From NCBI RefSeq assembly GCF_048593235.1, contig NC_133617.1:171886937-171950936 (forward strand): a stretch of 64,000 bases of DNA, in the 5' to 3' direction. Below the pieces are notes generated by a model, which saw nothing but the letters and a program-made list of their open reading frames with translations, made no database searches and was not told where the DNA came from. This DNA comes from Sminthopsis crassicaudata (lineage: Eukaryota). Below, piece by piece: positions 47,335 to 60,861 of the stretch (within the stretch, counting starts at the first letter, position 1; each line of letters starts with the position of its first letter). A program made the position numbers and the translations under genes.

Positions 47335-48790
47335 AGAACTTGATGACACATCCTAGAAAATGAATTCAAGTGGCCTATAGGAAATATTACTACCAAATAG
47401 ACTAGTAGAAGGGACAGAATTCTAGTTGAATTATTTAAAAATCCTAAAAGATGACACTGTTAAAGTGGTACACTTTGCATGCCAGCAAATTTGGGAAACT
47501 CAACAATGGTTACGGAATTGGAAAAGATTCATTTATGACCCAATTATAAATAAGGGCAATGCCAAAAAATGTTTAAGTTACCAAACAATTACACTTATTT
47601 TACCTAACAGAAAGGTTATGCTTAACATTCTGTAAGCTAGACTTCAGCAATATGTGAACCAAGAATTAGTAGAAAAGCATTTTTTGAAGAGTCGGAGAAA
47701 CTAGAGACCAAATTGCAAACATATTCTGGATTATGGAGAAGGCCTTTAACAGGATGGATCACAACAAAATGTGACAAATTCTCAAAAAGAGGATTACCAG
47801 ATCATTTGATTTGTCTTCTAAGGAATCCATTAAGGGGACCAAAAAGCAACAGTTAGAACCCAACATGGAATAACTGCTTTATGTAAGATTATGAAAAGAA
47901 GTACAAGACTATATATTGTCACCTAATTTATTTATCTTAGTAAGAATATCATGCAGAAGATAGGCTGAATGAAGCAAAAGTCAGAATCATATTTGCCAAA
48001 ACATATATCAACAATCTCAAATATGCAGATACAGTGTTAAGGCAGAAGGTAAAAAGGAATTTAAAAGCCTCTTGACAAGGATGAAGGCAAAGAGTATAAA
48101 ATCTGGCTTGAATCTTAACATCAAAAAAAAAAAAAAAAACTAACTAAAAACTAAAATCTTGGCATCTAGTCCCACCACTTCCTGACAAAGAGAGGGGAAA
48201 ATAATGCAAACAATATCAGATTTTATATTCTTATTCTCAAAGATCAATGAGACAGTAATTATATCTGAGGAATTAAAAATGTTTGTTTCTTGGAAGGAAA
48301 GCTATGGCAAATCTGGACACCATGCTAAAAAGCAAAAACATTATCTTGTCAACAAAGATCCATATAGTCAAAGCTATGATTTTTCCAATGGATTGCTGTG
48401 AGAGTTGGACTATAAGGAAAGCTGAATATCAAAGAATTGACATTCTCAAATTACAATGCTACTGGAGAAGACTTTTGAGAATCACTTGGACAGCAAGGAG
48501 ACCAAATCAATTTGTATTTAAAGAAATTAACTCAGACATTCTCTGGAAGGTCAAATACTGAAGCTGATGCCTTAAAACTTTGGCCATTTAATGAGAAAAT
48601 AGGATTCATTTGAAAAAACTTTGATACTAGGAAAAATTGAAGGCAAAAGGAAAGGGGAATGGCAGAGGAAGAGATGGAGAGAGTGTTTTGGATGAACTTG
48701 GACAGACTTCAAAAGACAGTGAAGGACAGAAAGATTTGGCATCCCTGGGTCACAAAGAGTCAGACAAGACTGAACAATTGAACAATACAA
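47335..48790 (+). mobile_element. BovB-type RTE LINE, 5'-truncated, decayed RT through 3' end
   Basis: ORF fragments ILKDDTVKV..CQQIWETQQW..WKR...KGNAKKC.SY.TI, LGRKAMANLD..KS..I.L.TK..IVKAM.FP...CESWT..KAE and GKIEGKRK.G closely follow BovB ORF2. Ends cacaaagagtcagacaagactgaacaattgaacaa. Confidence 0.92.
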
Positions 48791-50445
48791 AAATAAACAC
48801 ATATTATATGCTCAGATATTTTAGACTAATAAGTGTATACATTCAAAAAGTGTGTTTCACAACATAATTTCCTATCTACCTCTATTTTATTGTCTGCTTT
48901 ACATAGGATAGAAATTCTAGGTCTTCCAATCATCCTAGGTCTTAGAATACACAGCAAGATCTGTTCTTTATGAATAAATCTGAACATTTAATTTCTTTAA
49001 TTTGTTCCTTCATTTCTCCCCCTTGATTTTATGACAAGGAATTTATTTAGTAGCTGATTGTTAGAAGTCTTGGAAGGTATTTATTCCCATTAGCATAAAC
49101 AATGTTTCTTCTTTTCTTTGAAGTACATGAATTTATTCTCCTCACTTCTAATTATCTTTCCTAAAGAACTTGGAATAACAACAACAGCAGCAATTAACAA
49201 TAATAAAAAGAATACTCAAATGTACTAAAAAATAATACTCAAATACTGTAAAATGCTTTGCATATATCATCTTATTTGATTGTCACAGCAATTCTAACCA
49301 TTTTACAGATAAAGAAACTAAGGCCTAATGAAGTGAAATGACTTGATCTAGGTCACACAGCTAGCCCATATATGAAGCCATATTGGGACAGAGTTTCCTG
49401 ACTCAAAATCTACTACAAGCTCCACTCTGACCTCAGATTCATCTTCTGGGGAGCTCACTTAAAAAGATAAATGATACTAGTTTGCTTCTCTAAGTCCAAA
49501 ATTAATTTTGTATCTCCCAGTGATTTGCAAAATACCTTGTACATATTAGTCATTTAAGAGATAATTGTTAAATTGAATTTGGTTTAACAAGGAGAGATAG
49601 TGCAGTGTAATAGAAAGAACATTGCATTTAAAATCAAAAGACCAGGATTAATATCTGGCTTTCCTATTTCTACTACTGTGACCTTTGGGAAAAACTACTT
49701 TATATTTCTGGACCTCAGTTGGTTTTTTTTTTTTAATAAATGAAGGAATTATTCTACACGAAGAAAAGAATATGGTAAAGTAAAAAGAATATTAGCTCTG
49801 AAGACACATTATTAAGTTTCAAATCCATCTCTGGTATTTACTACCTGTATCACCTCAAGTAAGTCACAGCATCCTTGGACCTCAGTTTCCTTATCTATCA
49901 AGTGAAGGGAATGGACTAATTTTTTGAGGAGTCTTCCAGCTCTAGGGATATGATCTTACAATCTCTAAAGTGCTCCCTCAACCTAAAGTCAATTTGTAAA
50001 GAAAATATTATTTCTACAAAGGGCTATTACAGAATTTGGTGTTCTCCTCTAGAGACAATCATCTAAATATCAATAAAATAATGCACTTTTCAAAAGGAAA
50101 GCAAGATGGAAACATCAGGATTAAGGATCCTATCTGAGATCACCGCTTCATCTTCCTTAAAGAAAGAAAAATTTCAACACCTAAAAACAGCTATGTGGCC
50201 CATTATACAGACTGCAGATCCTGAAGTCAGAAACACCCAAGTTCAAACCTGACTTCCAACATTTATTAATTGAATAATCCTGGGAAGATCACTTAAACAC
50301 TAGATGCTTCAATTTCCTCACCTGTAAAATGGAGAGAATAAGAAGCACCTACCTCCCAAGGTTGTTGTGAGGCCAGATGAGACGAGGGAGATTTATGCTT
50401 GAAAATCACAAAGGGAAAAATAAATTAAAAATAAAAAATTAAATA

Positions 50446-50484
50446 AATGAATGAATGAATGAATGAATGAATGAATGAATGAAT
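50446..50484 (+). repeat. (AATG)n microsatellite
   Basis: Direct reading. Lies inside a split MIR. Confidence 0.95.
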
Positions 50485-50868
50485 CAGTGCTTTGTAGGAT
50501 GCCTGTCACATACTAGGCACTTAATAAATACTTGTTTCCTCCTTCCCTTAAAGGGGCTATCTTGGGAATAAATTTCTCCTATATATCTTTCTCTATATTC
50601 TTTTGGGGGACTATGGGCAATGCAAGCAATTCATAGTCTCATCAGATCTTAATACTGGAAAGATACAGAGATGGCATCCTATCTAGTCTCTGATAAAGGT
50701 GATGCCTCAGGAGATAAATGATTTGCCCAGCATCTTGGTAGTGTAAGGATTCAAATACAAGCCTGCTTAATCAAAACACTCTCCACTGTACTATACTCTG
50801 CCTTTTCCATGGCTCATTTTTCTCATAAAAAAAAATTAAAATCTGTGGGAAGAAGTTAATTCTGAAAG

Positions 50869-50896
50869 CCCACAAAGGATTACCCACAAAGGATTA
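50869..50896 (+). repeat. Perfect 14-bp tandem duplication (cccacaaaggatta)x2
   Basis: Direct reading. Confidence 0.92.
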
Positions 50897-51435
50897 CTCA
50901 ATAAGCCATTAAATACTCCCCCTTTACCACACCCCCTTGGCAGAAAAGAGAGATCTGGCATATGAGTATTTTTCTAGGCACATAATTGGTTAGGAAATTG
51001 CAATAAGGAAAGATGAATTTGAATAAGAAGAGGCTTGTCATAATTTACTTAAAACTTATCACATGTGAATGCATGGGTGGGGAGTATATGTAATCCTGAA
51101 AAATGTAAGCTCATCAAAAGTAAGTACGTTATGACACCAAAGTTTGCCATCATCTACATCAGTTCAGTGTATTGCTTCATATATGATCTTGTCAACTGCC
51201 TTGAAGTTCTTTTAAGATTCTGGTCAAATTTTGTAAGCAATTAATATTAACATTTTTTTCAGGAAAGGATTATATCAATCGATATACTTCTTGAAACTTG
51301 AAAAGATCCTTGGGGGATGGGGGAAGACAATAATATTGCCTCTACCACTGACAATCCATTTGTGGGCTTTAGTACAAATTATTAGAATGCCAAGTATACT
51401 TTGAGCTGGGTACACACTCTATACATACCAATGAT

Positions 51436-51568
51436 ATGAAGAGAAAGAGGGAGAGGGGAAAGAAAGAGAGGAAGAGGAAAAAGAAAAGGAAGAAGAGGGG
51501 GAGGAATAAGAAAGGGGGAAAGAAGAGGGAGAAGGAGAAAGAAAAGGAGAGGAAAAGGGAGAGAGAGG
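51436..51568 (+). repeat. GA-rich purine tract running into an assembly gap
   Basis: Direct reading. Source of the spurious K/R/E ORF 51436-51735. Confidence 0.93.
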
Positions 51569-51720
51569 NNNNNNNNNNNNNNNNNNNNNNNNNNNNNNNN
51601 NNNNNNNNNNNNNNNNNNNNNNNNNNNNNNNNNNNNNNNNNNNNNNNNNNNNNNNNNNNNNNNNNNNNNNNNNNNNNNNNNNNNNNNNNNNNNNNNNNNN
51701 NNNNNNNNNNNNNNNNNNNN
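51569..51720. other. Assembly gap (152 N)
   Basis: Run of N. Confidence 0.99.
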
Positions 51721-51872
51721 AGACTCCAGAGTTAACTCTAACAGAGTTAGATATTATTTATGCAACTAGAGAATAGGGTATGAAATCAGAAAAACCTAGG
51801 ATGAAGCCTTTCTTTTGATGAATCCTGACTGCATGATTTGGACAAATCCCTTAATCACTCAGTGCTCTAAGC

Positions 51873-52052
51873 CAAGGCTACTTAATTTTTTTTTCCACTT
51901 GCAACCCCTTTTTGCCTGAGAAATTTTTACATGACCCTGAGTATATAGGTATACAAAACAAACATTTACTGATAATAAATCATAACTTCAGGATCCCCAC
52001 ATTCAGTTACGAGACTCCATGTAGGGTCTCAACCCACACTTTAAGAAGCAAG
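51873..52052. mobile_element. hAT-Charlie MITE (Charlie4a_Marsup-like) with degenerate 8-bp TSD
   Basis: caaggctacttaa..ttttccacttgcaaccccttttt...acactttaagaagcaag. Flanks ctctaagc (51865-51872) and ctctaggt (52053-52060) fit the Charlie nTCTAGAn target preference. Confidence 0.72.
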
Positions 52053-54041
52053 CTCTAGGTATCTCTCACAGATTGAAAATTGCATAAAAGGTATGTTGAG
52101 AGGGGATTCTTCACTTGGAAGTTCCTTATAGAAATTAAATCACAGGACCACTCCATATATATGGTCTTAAAATCATAACAAATAAAACTATAGCAAATAT
52201 TATGGGGTATTACATCAGTCATTTCTTCTAGTGTCTAAAGACAAAATTATTGGACTATAGTTATATTTTCAAACTCACTGAGAACTAAAACCAGAATGAA
52301 ATCCAGAAATATAGAGAGGATATCCTAAAAATTTTGGTGCAGTACTAAACTTTAGTGCCTTAAAATCACATTAAGACTTTGATGACATCTTGTATGAATG
52401 TGTGTCTCAGTGTGTACATGTACATGTATGTAAGTCATATGTGTGCATGTGTTTTATATGTGTGTCTACATGTATGTATTATGGTATGTGTGTTTCTAGT
52501 TTTTAAATTATAACAAGTAAAATTATTGAATGTTATATGCCATTTTATAGATCATTTCTTCTAGTTTCTAAACTTCTAATTCTTTGGCTATGAGTTATAT
52601 TTTCAAACTCAATGGGGAGAAATAATAACAGACTTACCTCTAGCTCCATATTCTAACATTTCATTTTATTGTCTGGACTCTTGTTTTCTTCTGCTCTGTT
52701 TGTTACTATTGGCTATTTGAAAAAAAGCCTGTCTTCAGGAATTTGGTGTGGGAGATGGAGTCTAGGACTTGAAAATATTTCTAAGTTCTGGCACAGTTAT
52801 ACACTGCTCCAGTTGACTTGAAAGTACTGCTTTGTATTTCCCTAGATGACTCTCACTTCAGATATATTAGTCATCTGACTAGTTGTGCTCAAGACTGTGG
52901 CTAACTAAGCATTCTTGTTCTTCAGGGAGGTTCTTGCTAACTTTTGGCCACAGACAAAACACTAAATTGCAAAATGTATTTCTCAGCTCTGAGTATAATT
53001 ACATTTTGATGATGATTTGATTTTGTAGTTTGGTAAAGAGAAAGCTGGCATAATTTAGAGTAATTTATGACCTGGTTCATTAAGAGTGAGATCCAGATAT
53101 TTAATGGGACTTCTAAAATTTTATATACAACAGCTTCAGTAGTATATAGCATTGAATATTTGTAAATATATCTACAATGATTTTGGAGATGTGGGAGGTG
53201 AGAAGATGCAAGCCTATGATTTCATCAGTAGAGAAAATCATCAATGAACAATTCTGCCAATTAAAATCTCTTCTAGTTATGTGAAACACTGAGATATTTA
53301 AAAATTTGATATGGTCACCCAGCTGCAATTTTGGAGGCAGAAAGGCCAGCTCTTGGCCATCAATACACATATCCTCTTCTATATATTACTACTATAGATA
53401 CAGACCCTCTATATATTATTGTATAATAAATTCCAGAGACAAGAATATGCAATTGTCTATAGAGTTAACTTTCAATTAGTCATGCTAATTAAGAGAAGCT
53501 TCAATTAAAAACCCTCCTCCAATGTCTCAACTTGGCATGGAGGTGACCCTGAGTACTTAAAGGCTGTGAGATAATTCCAGAACCATCTGGCAATGAAGGC
53601 ATAGGAACAGCCTGTCTAAGTCCATCAACAAGTTGGCCCACAAAGTAATCGACTCTTCAGGCACAATAACTCTCAAAGCCCCTCTTGACAAAACCAGAAA
53701 TTTCCCAAGTATTAAAATAATCAAGGAGAAAGGGGCATTAAGTAAATTTAGTTGAGCAATTAAGTCAGCTGACGAATCACTTTCTGAACTGCTATTATAT
53801 TGTGAGGCAGAGTGGTGAATCCAGAATCACATGCCTGGGTTCATATCCTAATTCTGTGATATTCTACTTCTGCATATCCAATTCATTTCATTTCTCTGGG
53901 ACCTTAATTGTCTCATCTGTAAAATGAAGGGCTCGGATTGAACGACTTCTACCATCCTTTCTACCTCTAAATCTGTTACTATGGTTTTGTCCTAGGGCAA
54001 TAACGTCATTCAAAGATCCACCTGCATTCAAATATAAAAAT

Positions 54042-54239
54042 NNNNNNNNNNNNNNNNNNNNNNNNNNNNNNNNNNNNNNNNNNNNNNNNNNNNNNNNNNN
54101 NNNNNNNNNNNNNNNNNNNNNNNNNNNNNNNNNNNNNNNNNNNNNNNNNNNNNNNNNNNNNNNNNNNNNNNNNNNNNNNNNNNNNNNNNNNNNNNNNNNN
54201 NNNNNNNNNNNNNNNNNNNNNNNNNNNNNNNNNNNNNNN
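54042..54239. other. Assembly gap (198 N)
   Basis: Run of N. Confidence 0.99.
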
Positions 54240-57200
54240 TATGTCCTATGTGTCCAGCACTGAACTAAATATCAAAATAACCCAAGATGATGCAGCTTAG
54301 CCCCCATCAAAGCAAAGACTAAACCATGTGTAAGCCAGTGTTTTTTTTTTTTCCTACTAGTTCATTTCAGTTTCCAGAACATAGGCCTTTTTCCCAGTAA
54401 TATTTTAGATATTCAATAAAAACAAATGTTTAATCTAAAAAAAAAGAAAAAAGAAAAGAAAAGAAAGCCTCTCCCTTTGACATAGATTTTTGTGATGCTG
54501 AACAAGTTAACCTCCTAGTATGGGCTTAAGCAACAGTCGAAGAATATAAAGTTGAGGAACAGTTGTGATCTGCATCTTACATTGGAAACTTCCTACACTA
54601 GTGAAATCATAGGTCTGGACTCCATCCTTCCTAACCCCAGGGAAATTTTTAAAGAAAAAATGTTGAGCAGACCTGATTTCAAATTCAGCTCCTTTGTGTC
54701 AGAATTTATTTTCTTTATTTTCTACTAGTCAGCCTCATTGATAATTAGTGTCTCTTTGTCCTTTGTACAAATATACATATAAAGAATTATTTTGAAACTA
54801 TTAAAGCTACTTAGCTCACCAAGACAGTTCTTGATCAATGACTAGAGACACTGGTAGAACCAATCAAATTGTCCATGCACCTCATGATGCTCTATACTTT
54901 ATGACATGCAGTCATGTTTTTTTTTATTAAATCTAGAAGCACTAACAAGATGAATTCTCTAAAAATCTACCTTGAACAAATAGTAAAATTTTGTTTGCAA
55001 TGTTTCAAAGCTGTTGTTTTATTTTATTCTTCCTCTAAACAATGGAACAAAAATACTGCCTGATTTTTAACACTGTATTTTTGCCCTTACTTCTTATTTA
55101 TCTTTCTTAATAATGGTATGTTATTTACAACTCTCCTTCCAGGCTGATTTTGATGGAGTGGTAGAAAAAAAGTAATCACCAAGGGGGAAAAAATCTGAGG
55201 TAAATTGATAGGATGATTATAATGCAAGTAAATAATAATTACACAATGCTATATTTTGTTCTAAAAAAACTTATTCTGCCCACCAAGCCTACAATTAGAA
55301 CCGATGTTTTTAACACCAGCCAAATTAATTTCATAACTGACATTTCAAGCACAAAGCATTAGTAATTTTCAGCCTTGTGGTTTTTAATCCCAGCACCACC
55401 TACTAATACTATAGAATGTTTAAAACTACTAATAACACTGTTTTAGTGCTTCTGAATTACATTGTGTTTAAGTGTATATTCTGATAACTGAGGTTCTATA
55501 TATATTTTAAAGGGATCCTGAGCCTTAATTCTGAGGATCAACCTGATCAGAATTGATCTTCTGGTGGAACAAATGACAATAGCCCTGGTTGAAAGTAGGA
55601 GAAAGGTGGAATTTTAATATTTATGAAATTCTACTTGTTAATAGAAAATATGATTTGTGTCTCTTTAAGATTGTCTGTATAAGGGAATTTGACCCTAGAG
55701 AACCTGGGCTCAAATCTCTATTCCACCACTAACTACTTCTATGACTTTGGGCCAGGGCTTTTAGCTTCTCTAAATCCCAGTTTTTTCAACTATAAAGTGA
55801 GAGAATAAAAATAGATGACCTCAAAGATTCTTCCCAACACTGAATCTAAGTCCTGGGGCAAATAAAAGATGTGCAGATAGTACTGGAATATAAAAGATCA
55901 GGCATTAAAGGAAAATTGTTAAGAAAGAGAGGAAAGAAAAACTCCCAATCATTTTTGGAATTATAAAATGATATAGGATTGGATGTGTTATTAGTTTAAT
56001 GTGTGAATGAGTTTGGTTTGTGTAGGTATCTAGCCAGGAGTTCACTGTTAAAAAAAAATAGGGGCTCCCAGTCTTAAGGTAGGTTTACTACTTGCTTACT
56101 ACTTGATCTAAATCAAGACAGTTATTCAGAATAACCAGAATAGAGATCTTTCATGCTACCTGAAAAGGAGCTCCTTTTGATTTCACCGATAAGCTCGAGG
56201 AAATTGGGTTATTGTGGTAGAAAGTAATTAATATAACAAGTAAATATATATTATTAATATAATAATAGTGAAAATAATAAGCAGAAGCATAAGAGCCATG
56301 ACAATTGGCTTATAGATTATGATTGCTAATAGGGTGAAGATCATCTGGTATATAAGGTTTAAAATGATTTATTATTTCATTTCTTTGATTTCAATATTTT
56401 CACCTTCTCAAAATTTGATAATGATGGTTTCAGATTTTTCTAACTCTCCACTATTCATGGAGAACAGAATTATAATTGGAATAAGTTTGAACTCTTTCTA
56501 TAAGGATAGTACAGTGGATAGAGGACTAGTTTTGGTAGATCTTAGTTCAAATCTACATTCAGACACTTATTAGTTTTGTGATCCTGAAGAAGTCATATAA
56601 TCGTTGTCTACTTCAGTTTCCTCAACTATAAAATAGAGATATTAATAACACTTACCTCAGAGGGTTGTAGTGAGGATCAAATGAGATATTTGTAAAGCCC
56701 TGCATTTGCCCTGATAATAAATGCTTCTTTCTTGTAAGAATATCTAGATTTTAGATATCTACCCATAACCTTATATAATTCAACAAATATTTGTTATCTC
56801 CTGTGTTCATAGCACTGTGAAAGATGGTGAGAGAAATTTAGATAAATTATATAGTCCCTTCATACATGGAACTTACAATCTAATAGAGAAAGGTATGAGA
56901 TATAAAAATTTAATTGTAAAACAAAATAATACAATATAAGGAAGATGTAAAATGAAAGATTATACTCTACTCCAAGTCTACTGAAGCTGAATAGAGAAGT
57001 GTTATTATAAAATCATTGAATGTTAGAAAGAAATCATCTGAGCTAACGCTCTCATTTTACAGATGAGAAACCAGAGATCCAAAACACTGTAAGTAATTGA
57101 CCTGATCACCAGGTCTCTCCACTTGGTCTCAAGTCTCCTGCCATCTCAATATCTCAGCATGAATTTTACAGAATAATAGAATGAGAGAGGGGGAAGGAAA

Positions 57201-57890
57201 GGACTTAAGCCTCTATATAGCACCTAGTATGTACTGTGGTACTAAGCACTTAACAAACATCATCTCATTTGATCCCAACAACAAATAGATTATTATTGTT
57301 TTTATTTATTATTATTATCATTATTATTATTCCTAATTTATAATGAAGAAGTTGTAACAAATAAAGATTAAGTGACTTGACCAGGACCATACAGCTAGTA
57401 AGTGCCTGAGGCTAGATTTCAACTCAGGATTTTTAGCTCAGGTTATGCATTAGAATGCTTAGGGCAAAAGTCACAAAGGTTGGTCTTCCTGAGTTCAAAT
57501 CTAGCCTTGTATACTTAGTTAGCTCTGTGAACCTAAACAAGTCATTTAATCCTTTTCGTTTCAATTTTCTCATCCTAAAAATGAGGTTGAGAAGGAATTG
57601 GCAAAGTGCTACAGTATCTTTGCCAGGAAAACTCCTCATAGGATCATAAAGAATTGGAAATGATTGAACAACCACAAAAACTTCCTGAATCCACACTCAT
57701 TGAGCCATCTAGATGTCTAATTAGAATTGAAACAAGAACTGGAGAAAGACATGAGAATATCTAGTCTATTTCCTCCTCAATTTATAAACAAGGGAACAAA
57801 AGTTAACAGAGCTGAATTGTCTTGAATGGTCACACTCAATGTGAAGGAAAAAACCTAAATTCACAATTATCCAAAAGTAAAACAGATTGC

Positions 57891-57965
57891 CTGTGGAACA
57901 ATGTTCTCCTCATCACTGCAGTTCTTTATCAGTACTATGACCACTTGTGATGGACAATGTCGATA
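57891..57965 (-). CDS. Candidate exon (75 nt, phase 0-0, would need a GC donor)
   Basis: Acceptor cattttatag, end CAG|gcaatc. Open frame YRHCPSQVVIVLIKNCSDEENIVPQ. Confidence 0.18.
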
Positions 57966-58124
57966 CTATAAAATGTTTTCCAAAAAGTGAATTGGATTAC
58001 ATAACCAATGACATTTTTTTTCCATTTTCCCAATCTAGTGTGGTTTCGGTATACTGCCTCATAAATTTGACCAACTTCTCCTTCACTATTTTCCAGTAAA
58101 TTGATTATTAATTCATTTACTTAC

Positions 58125-58176
58125 ATTAATTTCAACATTTTCACTTCCTCCAAGTTTGATTATGAAGTGTGAACTT
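58125..58176 (-). CDS. Candidate exon (52 nt)
   Basis: Acceptor gttctagttaccttccag, donor AAT|gtaagt. Single open frame xSSHFIIKLGGSENVEIN. Confidence 0.3.
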
Positions 58177-58229
58177 CTGGAAGGTAACTAGAACATTCAA
58201 CAAATATTCTTTAAAAAGTACTTCCCAAA

Positions 58230-59618
58230 ACTGGAAATTAGTATGGCAGAAACTAGGCATGGACCCACATTTAACACCACATACTAAGATTAGATCAAAA
58301 TGGGTCCAAGATTTAGGCATAAAAAACGAAATCATAAATAAATTGGAGGAACATGGGATGGTTTACCTCTCAGACTTGTGGAGGAGGAAGGAGTTTGTGT
58401 CCAAGGGAGAATTAGAGACCATTATTGATCACAAAATAGAACATTTTGATTACACCAAATTAAAAAGTTTCTGCACAAACAAAACTAATGCAAACAAGAT
58501 TAGAAGGGAAGTAACAAATTGGGAAAAAATTTTTACAGTTAAGGGTTCTGATAAAGGCCTCATCTCCAAAATATACAGAGAATTGACTTTAATTTATAAA
58601 AAATCAAGCCATTCTCCAATTGATAAATGGTCAAAGGATATGAACAGACAATTTTCAGATGATGAAATTAAAACTATTTCCACTCATATGAAAGAGTGTT
58701 CCAAATCACTATTGATCAGAGAAATGCAAATTAAGACAACTCTGAGGTATCATTACACACCTGTCAGATTGGCTAAGATGACAGGAACAAATAACAATGA
58801 ATGTTGGAGGGGCTGTGGGAAAACTGGGACACTGATGCATTGTTGGTGGAATTGTGAAAGAATCCAACCATTCTGGAGAGCAATCTGGAATTATGCCCAA
58901 AAAGTTATCAAAATGTGCATACCCTTTGACCCAGCCATACTACTACTGGGCTTATACCCCAAGGAACTACTAAAGAAGGGAAAGGGTCCTGTATGTGCCA
59001 AAATGTTTGTGGCAGCCCTTTTCATAGTGGCTAGAAGCTGGAAGATGAATGGATGTCAATCAATTGGAGAATGGTTGGGTAAACTATGGTATATGAATGT
59101 TATGGAATATTATTGTTCTATAAGAAATGACCAACAGGAGAAATACAGAGAGGCTTGGAGAGACTTACACCAACTGATGCTGAGTGAAACGAGCAGAACC
59201 AGAAGATCATTATACACTTCAACAATGATACTGTACGAGGATGTATGCTGATGGAAGTGGATTTCTTCAACATAGAGAAGAGCTAATCCAATTCCAATTG
59301 ATTAATGATGGACAGAACCAGCTACATCCAGAAAAGGAACACTGGGAAATGAATGTAAACTGTTATTTTTACCTTCTGAATCCAATTCTTCCTGTGCAAC
59401 AAAAAATTCGGTTCTACACACATATATTGTATCTAGAATATACTGTAATATATTTAACATATATAAGACTGCTTGCCATCTGGGGGAGGGGGTTGGGGGA
59501 GGAAGGGAAAAAATCTGAATAGAAGTAAGTGTAAGGGATAATGTTGTAAAAAATTACCCATGCATATGTACTGTCAAAAAAAGTTATAATTATAAAATAA
59601 AATAAAAATTAAAAAAAA
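58230..59618 (+). mobile_element. Young 5'-truncated L1 with stop-free ORF2 C-terminus, 3' UTR, poly-A and 17-bp TSD
   Basis: About 340 uninterrupted codons including the CWRGCGKTGTLMHCWWNC zinc knuckle. TSD aaaaagtacttcccaaa at 58213-58229 and 59619-59635. TT/AAAA endonuclease site. Confidence 0.97.
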
Positions 59619-60861
59619 AAAAAGTACTTCCCAAAGATCCTGAATTTCTCCCAAGGAGAACCTCTCTATCTGAGTAGCCTTAGATCTCATTAGTAGGACA
59701 ATAGCAGAGAGTACATTTAGTTCTAGGCAAAATTTAAAACTATTTTCAAGTCTCTTCATCATTCCTTCTTAAGTCATTTGTAAGAGAACCTTACTTATCT
59801 TTATATTTTAAATTGTCCAACTGATTTTAACTTAGTAATAAAATATATTCATGACCATGTAAACTTTTTTCCTTGAATTGTGATATTATTGGATTTTTTA
59901 TCATAGATAAAAGATCCATACTGAAGAGACTGATTATTTAAAGAAAACAATGTATAAAACATCTTAACATTTTTAATTAGATGAAACAAAAGTAGATCTC
60001 CTATGAAATTTCTTTAAGCAATTTGCATGATATTTCCTACCCTTCTGTATAGTGATTCTTAAAATTAAGTTATACAATTGTATGATAATAATATTACTAT
60101 ATCAACTTTTAATTTATGCCAACAGTGCTTTAAGCACTTTTCAAAACACTAAGCATCACTACTAGCTTGAAGTATAGGATATTAAGGAGCAAGGTCCTTG
60201 ATCAATTATTATAATCTAAGACATACATATATGTACAAATATACATGAATACAGATATATGAATAAATACATAGCCTGCTCCTCAATCTATTAAATACAT
60301 ATGTATATGTATACAGATATTTTAATATATCAATAAACAAACATGTATGCACATTCACATGTAAACTCTGTATATAGGTGTGACATTAGTGTGTATGTAA
60401 TCTACATATATATTGCTGGATGGTGTGTGTAGTGTGGATGTGCATGGATATATCTGCATATATACCCGCATATAGATGTATTTAAATTTATCATGTATAC
60501 TTCAGATACACATATGTATCATGCACATATTTATACAGATGATAAATATGTACAATAATTATAAATGGACTTCAGTTAAATATTAAATACAATCATTGAT
60601 GAGGTGTTACTACAACCCACAATAAGACAATAGCTATATTACATTACACAGTTGAAATGTTCCTTTGAAAGTGAAATCTGAAGCAAATTTCTGTACATCA
60701 ATTCTTCTAAATGCATGAGGAACTCTACTTATTAATCTAATTTTTTAAGTGTAAGGTAATTTTCCCTTAATTTTTTTCCCTTAAAAGATATTGGAATAGT
60801 TTGTTATTAAGTTGTCTGCTTTGACTATTTACTTATGTGGGGCATAGGTCTCTGCTCAGAC

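Noticed and set aside
51436-51735. K/R/E-rich 99-aa ORF
   Set aside because: It is a purine tract read through an N gap.
56163-56178. 16-bp perfect palindrome aaaaggagctcctttt
   Set aside because: 8-bp arms are expected a few times by chance in 64 kb of AT-rich DNA.
57870-58100. Minus-strand open stretches considered as an endogenous viral element
   Set aside because: No motif of borna-, filo- or parvovirus proteins that I could recognise. A TBLASTN search against viral proteins would be needed.
58169-58229. First 20 codons of the 360-aa ORF
   Set aside because: They lie outside the L1 (flank and TSD) and are a chance in-frame extension. The ORF is not a host gene.
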